A DNA stretch of 64,000 nt, from contig JACPKP010000011.1 of NCBI GenBank assembly GCA_016186955.1, positions 12,477 through 76,476 of the forward strand. Direction: 5' to 3'. The stretch comes from Candidatus Daviesbacteria bacterium. GTDB taxonomy: Bacteria > Patescibacteriota > Microgenomatia > Daviesbacterales > UBA10151. The number at the start of each line of letters is the position of its first letter. The stretch's first letter is position 1. The notes beneath the pieces are model-generated. The model made no database searches, was not told where the DNA came from, and saw nothing but the letters and a program-made list of their open reading frames with translations. Shown in pieces: positions 17,874 through 27,801 of the stretch. The position numbers and the translations under genes were made by a program.

Positions 17874-19025
17874 ATGATTGACACAGTAATCCTAACTATG
17901 CAACTAGATAAAACACTTGTTACCGACCCTGATAAGTTCACACCTTCGCTAAGATGGCTTAAAGAAAGCGATAGGGGTTTTGGTGCTCGTTTGTTTACAA
18001 AGTACACTCAAAATATAAATCAAAAGTATGGTTATTACCCTCGTTTGACGGTTACTCCTAGATGGAAAGGGTATCTTGAAATACCTCTGAAAATTGAGTT
18101 TTCAGTCCCTAAATTATTATATGGTAACAACTTGGATGAAGTTAGCGAGGATGACTTTGAAAGAGTAATAGAAGTATTACAAAGCAAGCTAAAAGAAATG
18201 GGTATTAGAGTATTTCCAGAGCAGCTTAGAAATGCTCTGGTTTCCGCTGTGCATTATTCAAAAAATATACCCTTGTCTCATTTTGTTACAGCCTCCTGGG
18301 TAATCAGTGTCCTGAGCAAATTAGATGTAACTAAAAGATTAGAGCTTAACCATAGACATTTTAAGAACCAGGGACACGCTCTCTATTTTGACTGTGGCTC
18401 CTACCAAATAGTTATCTACGACAAACTAAAAGATATAGGTAAAAGTAAGCGGCACGCTGTAGATAAAGAACCTACATCAGAACAGCTAGGATTATTTGAC
18501 TTTATTAAGAAAAATAAGATACCTGCAGAAATTCTTAGAATTGAGATTAGACTTGTTCAGAAAGGAAAACTTAATTCCCTCTTTACCCAATTTGGTTATC
18601 CAGCTAATCCTACTTTTAAACAGATTTTTAATAGTGAAATTGCTAGAAAAGTTCTACACTTTTACTGGGACTTTATTGCTAATGAGAAGAGTTTATTTCT
18701 ACTCAAAGCCACTGACCAGGACACTTTAAAACAAGTAATTGAATTCCAGAGATTGAATAAAAGAAAGTTAAGTACTATTGAAACTTTAGGTATAGCTCAA
18801 ATTATAGAGTATTCTAAGACAAATGGGCTTAGAACATTAAGAGAGTCCCTTAGTAGCTTTTATTCAGACAGAAACTGGTTTAGACAACAAAAGTATTTTG
18901 ATTTAATAGAAAAAATTACTGCAGATAAAAAACCGTATGACTTTGTTACAGATATTGAAAATACCCTTAATACATTGAAGCCATATAGAATTGAGAACGA
19001 CTTAATCAAAGGAGAAGAGTCGTGA
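17874..19025 (+). CDS. Phage/plasmid replication initiator (gpII/X, Phage_CRI-like rolling-circle type)
   Basis: MIDT.IL, LKIEFSVPKLLYGNNL.E, VSAVHYSKN, IYDK and ILRIEIRL motifs. Confidence 0.65.
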   Translation: MIDTVILTMQLDKTLVTDPDKFTPSLRWLKESDRGFGARLFTKYTQNINQKYGYYPRLTVTPRWKGYLEIPLKIEFSVPKLLYGNNLDEVSEDDFERVIEVLQSKLKEMGIRVFPEQLRNALVSAVHYSKNIPLSHFVTASWVISVLSKLDVTKRLELNHRHFKNQGHALYFDCGSYQIVIYDKLKDIGKSKRHAVDKEPTSEQLGLFDFIKKNKIPAEILRIEIRLVQKGKLNSLFTQFGYPANPTFKQIFNSEIARKVLHFYWDFIANEKSLFLLKATDQDTLKQVIEFQRLNKRKLSTIETLGIAQIIEYSKTNGLRTLRESLSSFYSDRNWFRQQKYFDLIEKITADKKPYDFVTDIENTLNTLKPYRIENDLIKGEES

Positions 19026-19226
19026 TAAAGGGATTTTCAAGGCTTTTGCAAGCCTACCTATATTTTCTAAGGATGGGTTTCTTAATCCTCTTTCAATACC
19101 TGAGATATAGGTTCTATCTAACCCAGTCTCAAAACCTAACTTCTCTTGAGAAAGCCCAATGCTCTTTCTTAATTCAAGAATCCTGGCACCGAACTTTTTC
19201 CTTAGTGGACTTGATTTTGTTACCAT
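19002..19226 (-). CDS. XRE-family HTH regulator
   Basis: LSQEKLG...GLDRTYISGIERG.RNPSLENI. Confidence 0.9.
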   Translation of the reverse strand: MVTKSSPLRKKFGARILELRKSIGLSQEKLGFETGLDRTYISGIERGLRNPSLENIGRLAKALKIPLSRLFSFD

Positions 19227-19308
19227 CAGCTATCATAATCAGAGATAAGTGGACTATTGGTCTACGGACTATTAGTCACAATCTCTGTCAAAAGGAGGTG
19301 AAAAAGTA

Positions 19309-19992
19309 ATGAAAGAAACAGAAAAAAGTACTTCTAAAATAGGCATTGGTTCTATCTTGAGTTGGGGTTTAGGAGGATTATTAGTAGTTGGTGGTATTAT
19401 TGAGCTTTTTAGCAAGCCAGCGATGGGTATTTTTACTCTCCTTGCAGGTTTGATTATATTTCCACCAGCAGTTAAGTTTATTAAAAACAGAACTCACTTT
19501 GAGCTATCAAAAGCCTTAAAAGTAGTAGCATTTTTAGTCCTGCTCGGTATTGGTGGTGCTCTGGCTGGTACTTCAAGTACTTCCACAGCAAGCACACCTA
19601 GTGCTAGCAACCAACAAAACAAACCTAATAGTGCCTCAAGTAAACCTGAGCCAACAGCGACAAGCGTAAGCAAGCAACCAGATGTACCAACTGAATATAA
19701 ATCTGCTCTCAGCCAAGCTACTTCATATGCCAACACAATGCATATGTCCAAGCAAGGCGTCTATGACCAGCTAGTTTCAGAATATGGTGGTAAGTTTTCG
19801 CCAGCAGCCGCACAGTATGGAATAGACAATGTAAAAGCAGATTGGAACGCTAATGCCCTAGCTAAAGCAAAGAACTATCAAGATTCCATGCATATGTCAC
19901 CAGCTGCCATTCATGACCAGCTAACATCTGCTTATGGGGAAAAGTTCACACAATCAGAGGCAGATTATGCTATTCAGCATCTTAACGACTAA
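19309..19992 (+). CDS. Membrane-anchored Ltp-family (superinfection exclusion-like) protein
   Basis: TM segments, S/T/P linker, and two Ltp repeats (AL..A.SY...MHMSK.GVYDQL.SEYG.KF...AQY.I; DWNANAL.KAK.Y...MS...I.DQL.S.YGEKFT..EA.YAI). AAGGAGG SD. Confidence 0.8.
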   Translation: MKETEKSTSKIGIGSILSWGLGGLLVVGGIIELFSKPAMGIFTLLAGLIIFPPAVKFIKNRTHFELSKALKVVAFLVLLGIGGALAGTSSTSTASTPSASNQQNKPNSASSKPEPTATSVSKQPDVPTEYKSALSQATSYANTMHMSKQGVYDQLVSEYGGKFSPAAAQYGIDNVKADWNANALAKAKNYQDSMHMSPAAIHDQLTSAYGEKFTQSEADYAIQHLND

Positions 19993-20094
19993 TAGTGCTT
20001 ATAAAGTGAGACTATACAAAAGTTGTTCTTTTTAATTCTGGGCAGGAGCAATCCTTCCCAGCCTAAAGAGAAGGTTATACCTAACTATAAAATT

Positions 20095-21609
20095 ATGAAG
20101 GCTCTTGGCATTGCTCGTGTATCAACACCAGAACAAAAAGAAGCAGGAAACTCATTACCTGCTCAGGTAGCTCGTATTGAAAAATACTGTCGTATCAAAA
20201 CCTTTGACCCAGTAGAAACATTCAGCTTTGATGAGACTGCCTATAAAGAGGATAGGGATAAGTTTGACAGCATTCTAGATAGGATTATTGAAGAGAAAGA
20301 TAAGATTGCAGTTTGTTTTGATAAAGTTGACCGCTTATCAAGAAATGTATTTGATAAACGAGTATCTTTATTGTACGAAAAGGCTCTAAGAGATGAGATA
20401 GAGCTTCATTTTGTATCTGATGGTCAAGTAATTAACAGTCAAATATCGGCAGTTGAAAAATTCCAGTTTGGTATCAGCTTAGGCCTTGCTAAATATTACT
20501 CAGATGCCATTAGTGACAATGTAAAAAGAGCAACCGAACAAAAACTACGCAGAGGCGAATGGCCTACTAAAGCACCTATCGGCTACTTAAATATAGACCT
20601 GGAAGATGAAAAGAAATGGATTGAAGTTGACACTCAACGAGCAGATTTGGTTATTAAGATATTTGAATGGTATGCAACCACTGCTTATTCCATGGAAATG
20701 CTTAGAAGGAAAGCTAAAGAAGAAGGGTTAACAAACAATACAGTTTCTGGCACCTATCTAACGAAAAGCCAAATAGAACTTATCCTTAAAAATCCTTTTT
20801 ACTATGGCGAAATGCGATATAGAGACAATATTTACCCTCATAGCTATAAACCACTTATATCAAAAGAGTTGTTTGATAAAGTGCAGCAAGTTAAACAAAA
20901 CTGGCACAAAAAGCCCTTTAAGTACGCTGCTAAGCCATTTATTTATAGAGGTCTACTCTCCTGCTCCAGTTGTGGTTGCAGGATTACTTTTGAAACAGCT
21001 AAAGGCAAATACAATTATGGACACTGTACTAACTATTATAAAAATTGTTCTAATGTAGTTTGGATTAGAGAAGAGGATATAACTGACCAATTTAAAGATT
21101 TATTAAAAGGGTTAACTATAGATAAAGAGGTATTAGAAGAACTGGTTAAAGAACTTAGGGATAACCACACAGCCAAGGTTGAGTATCACGAGCGTACCAT
21201 GTCTAACTTAAAAGCAGAATACGATAAATTGGAAAACCGCTTAACTAAAATGTATGAGGATAAACTAGATGGGAGTATTACAGGCGATAAGTATGACAGC
21301 TTACTCAGTAAGTATAAGGGTATTCAGGCAGACATTCTTTTACAGATGGAAAGACATAGTAAAGCAGATGAGAGTTATTACACTGAAGCGAATAAGTTGC
21401 TAGAGCTTGCCAGTCGTGCTTATGAGATTTTTGAAAGTTCTGAAGCCGATGGTAAAAGGGAACTTTTAAAGTACCTACTTCAGAACTCTGAAATGAAAGG
21501 CAGAAAGGTTATTCCCACGCTCCAAATGCCATTTGATGCTATCCTTCTTGCCAACAAAACAAAAGATTGGCTCCTCGGCCAAGATTCGAACTTGGAACCT
21601 TCTCGTTAA
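20095..21609 (+). CDS. Large serine recombinase (integrase)
   Basis: ARVST catalytic Ser, DKVDRLSR, APIGY, L.NPFYYG, CSSC Zn ribbon and coiled coil. Last 13 codons are antisense tRNA-Asn (WLLGQDSNLEPSR). Confidence 0.92.
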   Translation: MKALGIARVSTPEQKEAGNSLPAQVARIEKYCRIKTFDPVETFSFDETAYKEDRDKFDSILDRIIEEKDKIAVCFDKVDRLSRNVFDKRVSLLYEKALRDEIELHFVSDGQVINSQISAVEKFQFGISLGLAKYYSDAISDNVKRATEQKLRRGEWPTKAPIGYLNIDLEDEKKWIEVDTQRADLVIKIFEWYATTAYSMEMLRRKAKEEGLTNNTVSGTYLTKSQIELILKNPFYYGEMRYRDNIYPHSYKPLISKELFDKVQQVKQNWHKKPFKYAAKPFIYRGLLSCSSCGCRITFETAKGKYNYGHCTNYYKNCSNVVWIREEDITDQFKDLLKGLTIDKEVLEELVKELRDNHTAKVEYHERTMSNLKAEYDKLENRLTKMYEDKLDGSITGDKYDSLLSKYKGIQADILLQMERHSKADESYYTEANKLLELASRAYEIFESSEADGKRELLKYLLQNSEMKGRKVIPTLQMPFDAILLANKTKDWLLGQDSNLEPSR

Positions 21610-21642
21610 CAGCGAGCCGCTCTACCATTGAGCTACCGAGGA
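21568..21642 (-). tRNA. tRNA-Asn(GTT)
   Basis: TCCTCGGTAGCTCAATGGTAGAGCGGCTCGCTGTTAACGAGAAGGTTCCAAGTTCGAATCTTGGCCGAGGAGCCA. Confidence 0.95.
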
Positions 21643-21740
21643 TTGTTAAGGTACTTTAGCAATTCTACCATCTAGCAGGCTTGAAATCCACCCTAACCAA
21701 AATAGCATGTCTGGGGTATAATTTTATAGTTACATAAAAA

Positions 21741-22448
21741 ATGAGCCCTGCACAAACAGAACCTCACTCATCAAGTAGTGTTGCAAAACTTAATTGGCTG
21801 CGCGCAGCTGTGCTGGGAGCAAATGACGGGATTGTATCTATAGCAGGACTGGTGGTAGGAGTCGCAAGCGTCACAACTTCCCAGTCGATAATTTTAACAG
21901 CCGGAATAGCCGGGATTATTGCAGGCGCTATATCAATGGCTGCCGGTGAGTATATATCTGTCAGCAGCTCCAGGGATACTGAAAAAGCGCTTTTAAAAAA
22001 AGAGCGCCATGAACTGCGTGAATTTCCAAAAGAAGAGCTGGAAGAACTGGCAATTATTTACGAACGGAAAGGCTTATCAAGAAAAACAGCCTTGACTGTG
22101 GCTCAAGAATTAACCAAACATGATGCATTTGCAGCCCACGCTGAGGCAGAGCTTCATATTGACCCACATAACCTAACTAATCCATGGCACGCAGCTTTTG
22201 CATCAGCTGCCGCTTTCCTGGTGGGCGCAGTCATACCATTGGTATTAATCTTGATTCCCCCGGCCGAAATCCGGATCCCCATAGCTTTTGTTTCGGTAAT
22301 CATCGCACTGGCAATCACCGGGGTCTTAAGCGCTTTGGTGAGCGGGGCAGGGGTGCTGCGCGCGATATTTCGGGTTACAACCGGCGGAGCTATTGCCATG
22401 GCAGTAACTTATGGCATAGGCAGGATGTTTAATGTTTCCGGCATATAA
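21741..22448 (+). CDS. VIT1/CCC1 family transporter
   Basis: WLRAAVLGANDGIVS, SMAAGEYISVSS, NPWHAAFAS. Confidence 0.92.
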   Translation: MSPAQTEPHSSSSVAKLNWLRAAVLGANDGIVSIAGLVVGVASVTTSQSIILTAGIAGIIAGAISMAAGEYISVSSSRDTEKALLKKERHELREFPKEELEELAIIYERKGLSRKTALTVAQELTKHDAFAAHAEAELHIDPHNLTNPWHAAFASAAAFLVGAVIPLVLILIPPAEIRIPIAFVSVIIALAITGVLSALVSGAGVLRAIFRVTTGGAIAMAVTYGIGRMFNVSGI

Positions 22449-22449
22449 T

Positions 22450-23544
22450 TTACTCTAAATAATCCCTTAACTTTTTGGCTCTGGTTGGATGCTTGAGTTT
22501 CCTGACTGCTTTAGCCTCAATCTGCCTTATACGCTCCCTGGTTACTCCAAATTCCCTGCCCACTTCCTCTAAAGTCCTCTGTTTGCCATCCTCAAGCCCA
22601 AATCTCAGCTGCAGGACGCGCTTTTCCCTGGGAGATAAGGTATCCAGCACCTCATCAAGTTGGCCTTTTAAAAGCTCCCTGGTAGCCTGTTCATCAGGTT
22701 TCAAGCCAGGAGCTTCAATAAAATCTCCCAACTGGGAATCATCCTCATCACCAACAGGTGTGGCAAGGGATGTGGGTTCTTGCGAAACTTTGACAATCTC
22801 GCGGGCTTTGCCCGGGTCTATCCCCAAAACCTCCGCCACCTCCTCCGGTGAAGGCTCCCTCCCAAGCTCCTGCATAAGCCGCCTTTGGGTCCTGTTAAAA
22901 CGGTTTATTGTCTCAACCATATGGACCGGGATCCTGATAGTCCTGGCCTGGTCTGCAATCGCCCTTGTTATAGCCTGCCTGATCCACCAGGTTGCATAAG
23001 TTGAGAATTTATAACCCCTTCTCCAATCATATTTTTCAACAGCCCTCATCAGCCCGATATTCCCTTCCTCAATCAGGTCAAGCAGGCTCATCCCTCGCCC
23101 CACATATTTTTTGGCAATAGATACAACCAATCTTAAGTTTGCAGAAATCAACCTATGTTTGGCAGGTAGTTCACCTTTTTCTGATTTTTGGGCAAGTTCA
23201 ATCTCCTGGGCTGCAGTAAGCAGTTGGACTTTACCAATATCCCTTAAATATTGTCTGACAGGGTCTGTGACAGAGCCTTCCTCTAGCGCTGCAAGAACTT
23301 CCAGCTCCCGCTCAAGGTCAGTCGCTGATTTTGTATCCTCAGCTACTTCCTCTGAGGTTGTTTCAAATACATCAATCCCAGCCTCTGTCAGTTTCAAGTA
23401 AAAGTTGTCGAGCGCTTCTAGAGTATCTTCCGGCTTTGGAAAAACCTGCAGGATTTCTTCCTGGGTGATAAACCCCCGCTCCTTACCAAATTTTAGCAGT
23501 TTTTTCTCATCTAAATTTGCTAATTTATTGTTCTTTTTAGCCAT
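22450..23544 (-). CDS. rpoD: RNA polymerase primary sigma factor
   Basis: [62 protein letters not shown]. Confidence 0.97.
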   Translation of the reverse strand: MAKKNNKLANLDEKKLLKFGKERGFITQEEILQVFPKPEDTLEALDNFYLKLTEAGIDVFETTSEEVAEDTKSATDLERELEVLAALEEGSVTDPVRQYLRDIGKVQLLTAAQEIELAQKSEKGELPAKHRLISANLRLVVSIAKKYVGRGMSLLDLIEEGNIGLMRAVEKYDWRRGYKFSTYATWWIRQAITRAIADQARTIRIPVHMVETINRFNRTQRRLMQELGREPSPEEVAEVLGIDPGKAREIVKVSQEPTSLATPVGDEDDSQLGDFIEAPGLKPDEQATRELLKGQLDEVLDTLSPREKRVLQLRFGLEDGKQRTLEEVGREFGVTRERIRQIEAKAVRKLKHPTRAKKLRDYLE

Positions 23545-23663
23545 TATATTAAATTTTCAATTTTTAGTTTTTAATTTTTAATGAATTTTCAATAATTATT
23601 TTTCTAAACATTGGAACATTTGAATTTGATTTAAAATTTTAAATTTCAAATTAAAAATTATCT

Positions 23664-25424
23664 TCATAGATTCTTAAGTTTTATTGACAAATCCCTAAAC
23701 CGTTTGTTAAGTATACCCAACTGTTCCATATTATCAAATTCCTGTGCACTTTTAATCTGCAAAGATAATTTTTCCAGTGATGTTTTGATCAATGTCTTTT
23801 TAAGCTGGGTTACTACCAGGTTTAATTCTTTCTGCCAGTTTTCCAGATCAGTTAATTTATCATCAATTGGCATTAAATACAACTTGTCTACTTCGGCCAC
23901 CAGACTCTCGGGTACTTTTTTGATAAATTCCGATATCTTAAAGGATTTGGCCTTAAATGAGATTGAGTCTAAAAAGAGGACCAACAGGACATAAATTTGC
24001 CTTAATTCTTCTGATAAAAAAAGTGTCTCCGGAAATGAAGGGACAAAGGTATGTTGCAAAGGGATATGCAACATTAATGCTATTAAATACGCCTCCAGCA
24101 GTTCCCTTCTGCTATAAGGCTCTACCTTTCTAACTTGTGTTTGGTCTTCTCTCAACACCTTAAATTCAGGCTTCAACTTGTCCATCTCCTCTTTGATAAC
24201 ATCATCTTTAATTTGAAGCAGGGCCGCCAGTTTTTGGGTGTAGTGCTCTTTGACTATCGGGTCTGAAATTTTCCTGAATATTGGCATCAACTCCGCAGAA
24301 ATAGCTTTTTTAGAGCTGGCTGATTTAATACCATATCTTTGGTTTGCTGACTGGAGGTAGTAATCATAAATCGGCTCTGCTTTTAAAACATTTTGCAACC
24401 ATTGCTGGGGGTTTTTGAGACAAAGTTCAGCAGGATCCTTGGCGCCTTCAATTTTTATTACCTTGATGTTTAAACCAGCTTTATCAGCTATCTCAATCCC
24501 TCTTCTGGAAGCGCTGTCTCCTGCTAAATCTGTATCAAAACACAGGCTGATGGCATCTGCCTGTTTTTTCAAAGACTCTATCTGCTGTTCTGTCAAAGCA
24601 GTCCCTTTTGAGGCAACTACATTTTTTACCCCAACCTGATACGAAAAAAGCATATCCATCTCCCCTTCCACTAAAATTGCTTCTTTGCTTTTGCGTATGT
24701 CCGGTTTGGAGATATGCAGGCCGAATATAAACTTCCCTTTGTCAAATACCGGAGTTTGCGGGGTATTAATATATTTTGGCTCCCCATGGTCTATAATCCT
24801 TCCTGAAAACCCCACAATCCTGCCTCTTATATCGATTAAAGGAAACGTGATCCGCCCCCTAAACCTGTCATAACAACTGCCTTTAGACGGCACACAAAGC
24901 CCGGAGATTATCAGGTCCTGGATACCAAACCCCCTTTTCTTTAAAAAATTTGTCAGTGATTCCCAATTTTGCGGGGCATAACCTATACCAAACTGTTCAA
25001 TAGTCTCTGCTTTTAAACCTCTTTTTTGAAGATACCCTAGGGGCTTTTTACCCAAGGGGTGTTTTAAGAGGATGTGCTGAAAAAACTGCTGGGCTTTTTG
25101 GTTGACAAGGTAGATCTGCTCATTTGAATCTTTTTTTTTGCCTGTTTTTTGCAATACAACCCCTGCTTTTTGGGCTAAAATTTCCAGGCTTTCAGGGAAA
25201 GTCAACCCTTCCTTCTCCATCACGAATTTGAAGATATCCCCGCCACGGTCGCAGCCAAAACAATGCCAAATCTGGCGTTCCGGGGATACCACAAAAGAAG
25301 GGGTCCGTTCGTTATGGAATGGGCAATTAGCTTTAAAATTTACACCTGCTTTTTTTAGGGGAAGATATTCCGAGATTAAATCTACAACATTAATCTTTTG
25401 CTTGATAAGTTCGGTGTCGTCCAT
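23664..25424 (-). CDS. dnaG: DNA primase
   Basis: CPFHNERTPSF...HCFGC zinc finger, DRFRGRI.FP, PKYIN, Toprim VEGEMD and FDTDLAG. Confidence 0.97.
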   Translation of the reverse strand: MDDTELIKQKINVVDLISEYLPLKKAGVNFKANCPFHNERTPSFVVSPERQIWHCFGCDRGGDIFKFVMEKEGLTFPESLEILAQKAGVVLQKTGKKKDSNEQIYLVNQKAQQFFQHILLKHPLGKKPLGYLQKRGLKAETIEQFGIGYAPQNWESLTNFLKKRGFGIQDLIISGLCVPSKGSCYDRFRGRITFPLIDIRGRIVGFSGRIIDHGEPKYINTPQTPVFDKGKFIFGLHISKPDIRKSKEAILVEGEMDMLFSYQVGVKNVVASKGTALTEQQIESLKKQADAISLCFDTDLAGDSASRRGIEIADKAGLNIKVIKIEGAKDPAELCLKNPQQWLQNVLKAEPIYDYYLQSANQRYGIKSASSKKAISAELMPIFRKISDPIVKEHYTQKLAALLQIKDDVIKEEMDKLKPEFKVLREDQTQVRKVEPYSRRELLEAYLIALMLHIPLQHTFVPSFPETLFLSEELRQIYVLLVLFLDSISFKAKSFKISEFIKKVPESLVAEVDKLYLMPIDDKLTDLENWQKELNLVVTQLKKTLIKTSLEKLSLQIKSAQEFDNMEQLGILNKRFRDLSIKLKNL

Positions 25425-25581
25425 GCCTTTTATCAATTATCCAGTCGCCCCTACGTTCAGTTTACATGAACGTAGTTTAGCCACCAGACATTGATGTGGG
25501 CAAATTTTAACCTAAAATAGAAAATAATGCAAGTTTGGGGTCTTGCCAAAAAAAATATTATATAGTAAGTTAGTATTGAAT

Positions 25582-25866
25582 ATGTTTCCTGAAGCACCAA
25601 AAGAAAATCCCAAAAAAGAATATTCAGTACAAGAATTGATAATAATAAAAGAACAATTTGCAGATGAATTTATGAATGTTCCTGGTGTAAATGGGATTGG
25701 AGTTGGAATAGCTGATGTTTCACACAAAGATGTTGGTGTGGTTTTATTCTTGGAGAGAATGCCTAAAAAAGATTCTGATCTTAACCGTTTAATCAGTGTA
25801 GCTAGAAAATTACCTGAAGATGTTTTATTACACATAAGACAGATCGGAACAATTAGAGCTTTATAA
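25582..25866 (+). CDS. Small hypothetical protein (paralogue-like to 28900-29220)
   Basis: IKEQF...MNVPGVNGIGVG...LP......IGTIRAL. Confidence 0.55.
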   Translation: MFPEAPKENPKKEYSVQELIIIKEQFADEFMNVPGVNGIGVGIADVSHKDVGVVLFLERMPKKDSDLNRLISVARKLPEDVLLHIRQIGTIRAL

Positions 25867-25918
25867 TCCTTAATTTAACTTCCCATTTATAATTTTAATC
25901 GCTATAATATGACCATTT

Positions 25919-26010
25919 GGAGGGGTCGCATAGTGGTCTAGTGCGCTTGCTTGGAAAGCAGGTGTCCGATGAACATCGGACCGTGGGTTCAAATCCCACC
26001 CCCTCCGCCA
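25919..26010 (+). tRNA. tRNA-Ser(GGA)
   Basis: GGAGGGG acceptor, CTTGC-TTGGAAA-GCAGG anticodon arm, long variable arm, GTTCAAATC, encoded CCA. Confidence 0.93.
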
Positions 26011-26013
26011 AGT

Positions 26014-26625
26014 TCAGATTTCAGAATTCGAATTTCGGACATCAGATATTAAAAGCAGGTATTCCCTGTTTCCTCCGCTTCCCAAAATCGGTGACTCAAT
26101 AGAATTAACAATATTGAATGATAAATTATGAATTTTATCTTTAACACTGTTTACAACCTCTTCCAATTCCTCATCTTTTACAACTCCTTTTACTCTTTGC
26201 TGTTCAAAAGCCTCATATTGGGGCTTAAGTAAGGCAATAATGATTCCGTCTTTTTTCAAAAACTTTCTCACAACCGGAAGCACTAATTCCAACTTAGTCC
26301 ACCCCGCATCAATGGTAATAAGATCCACTTTATCCACCTCGCCACCATCTAAGGTGTTTTCAGACCCACCCTCCAGGTGAGGCAAATGCAATATGTTTGT
26401 GCGTTCCATCACCACCACCCTGGGATCATTCCTCAGCTTCCATGCCAACTCACCATAAGAGGTATCCACTGAATAAATTTTTGCTGCCCCATTTTGCAAA
26501 AGACAGTCCACAAACCCGCCAGTTGAAGACCCAACATCCAAACAACTGAAATTTTTAATTTTTAATTTGAAATTTTCAATTGCATGCTGGAGTTTAATCC
26601 CACCGCGGGAAACAAATTGATTCAT
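26014..26625 (-). CDS. tlyA: TlyA-family rRNA methyltransferase (no S4 domain)
   Basis: FVSRGG.KL, LDVGSSTGGF.DCLLQ.GA, LLKPQYE, SPI.G.GGNREYL. Confidence 0.88.
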   Translation of the reverse strand: MNQFVSRGGIKLQHAIENFKLKIKNFSCLDVGSSTGGFVDCLLQNGAAKIYSVDTSYGELAWKLRNDPRVVVMERTNILHLPHLEGGSENTLDGGEVDKVDLITIDAGWTKLELVLPVVRKFLKKDGIIIALLKPQYEAFEQQRVKGVVKDEELEEVVNSVKDKIHNLSFNIVNSIESPILGSGGNREYLLLISDVRNSNSEI

Positions 26626-26713
26626 AATCTTAAAACGAAAATCGTAAAACTCAAATCTACATTTAAAAATTTAAAGTTTGAAAGATTTTAAATTTTAGAT
26701 GTAATTTTGACAT

Positions 26714-27139
26714 TTAGGATTTGAGATTTAACATTTTTAAGGCTTTTTCTAAAAGTTTCTTGTCATTTTGGAAACTGAGCATTTTCATGGCTTCCTTGGG
26801 CTCAACCCATTTTGCATCAAGAAGTTCTGAAGGCTGGTGTTTCAACTCACCACCCGTATATTTCATCAAGTAAATAATCACAATCTTAAAAATCCTTTCT
26901 TCGCCTTTGCCAAAGACATATTTTGAATCCCCAACCTTATCCACTATCTCCACTTCTACCCCGGTTTCCTCGCTTACTTCCCTTAAGGCTGCTTCTTTAC
27001 TTGATTCTTTACCCTCAATATGGCCTTTGGGAAACCCCCAATATACTGTCCTGGCATCCCTAATGGATGAGTTTTGTATGAGTAAAGCTTCCCCCTTATT
27101 ATTAAACACTATCCCTCCTGCAGAAAATTCTCGCTTCAC
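26714..27139 (-). CDS. NUDIX hydrolase (Ap4A hydrolase-like)
   Basis: SAGGIV, WGFPKGHIE..E....AALREVSEETG. Confidence 0.88.
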   Translation of the reverse strand: MKREFSAGGIVFNNKGEALLIQNSSIRDARTVYWGFPKGHIEGKESSKEAALREVSEETGVEVEIVDKVGDSKYVFGKGEERIFKIVIIYLMKYTGGELKHQPSELLDAKWVEPKEAMKMLSFQNDKKLLEKALKMLNLKS

Positions 27140-27390
27140 CTATAAATATCCTTTCTATGGTCAACAATATGAATAACCAAATTTTTGTCCTCTACATCAA
27201 AAGCTACACGATAATTACCTATTCTAAATCTATACTTTCCCATCTGTATATTATTTAAGGTTTCTGCAAATTCAATAGGGTTTTGCTGGCTGCAAAAAAA
27301 ATCCAGTTTCTCAATAATTCTTTGTTGGATTTCTTTTGGTAATTTTCTGAAGTGCTTAAATGAAGATTTGGTAAATTGATAATCAAACAT
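27136..27390 (-). CDS. RelE/ParE-family toxin
   Basis: YRFRIGNYRVAF...VDHRKDIYR. Confidence 0.88.
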   Translation of the reverse strand: MFDYQFTKSSFKHFRKLPKEIQQRIIEKLDFFCSQQNPIEFAETLNNIQMGKYRFRIGNYRVAFDVEDKNLVIHIVDHRKDIYR

Positions 27391-27675
27391 TTATACTAAA
27401 CCTAACATTTTTTTAACCTGAACGGATGAATAACGGACTTTATCTGCTCTTGATTTCGCAATTCTTTTTAAATAATTTTCAGAAGATAAAGCTTCTAAAT
27501 CTTCCAGGAAAGATTCCCAAACATTATCAGGGACCAGTACACCTAAAGGTTTATTATTGCGCATTACCCTAATAAACTTACCTTTTTTTTCTGCAGTTTT
27601 AAAGATTTTAGTCAAACCTGCCTGGGCTTTTTGGACGCTGGTGAATTCTTCATCGTTAATCAGTTGTCTTTGCAT
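27391..27675 (-). CDS. Phd/YefM-like antitoxin
   Basis: VMRNNKPLGVLV...WE..LEDLE; directly upstream of relE. Confidence 0.75.
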   Translation of the reverse strand: MQRQLINDEEFTSVQKAQAGLTKIFKTAEKKGKFIRVMRNNKPLGVLVPDNVWESFLEDLEALSSENYLKRIAKSRADKVRYSSVQVKKMLGLV

Positions 27676-27729
27676 ATGTAATAATTATTACAGAATTATG
27701 ACAGATTGTCAACACTGCGCAAAACTTTG

Positions 27730-27801
27730 CGCCCCCGGCGGGAATCGAACCCACATATCAGGATCCGGAATCCTGTGGTCTATCCGTTAGCCTACGGGGG
27801 C
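27730..27801 (-). tRNA. tRNA-Arg(CCG)
   Basis: GCCCCCG acceptor, CAGGA-TTCCGGA-TCCTG anticodon arm, GGTTCGATTCC. Confidence 0.9.

Larger units (their letters stand above)
13612..21585. mobile_element. ~8 kb integrative element at tRNA-Asn (large serine recombinase + rolling-circle-type Rep)
   Basis: 19-bp direct repeat TTGGCTCCTCGGCCAAGAT at 13612-13630 and 21567-21585; alternative attP-like junction at 13742-13771. Carries recombinase, Rep, XRE, SpoVG and Ltp genes. Confidence 0.85.

Noticed and set aside
19022-19309. 95-aa plus-strand ORF
   Set aside because: Antisense shadow of the XRE gene.
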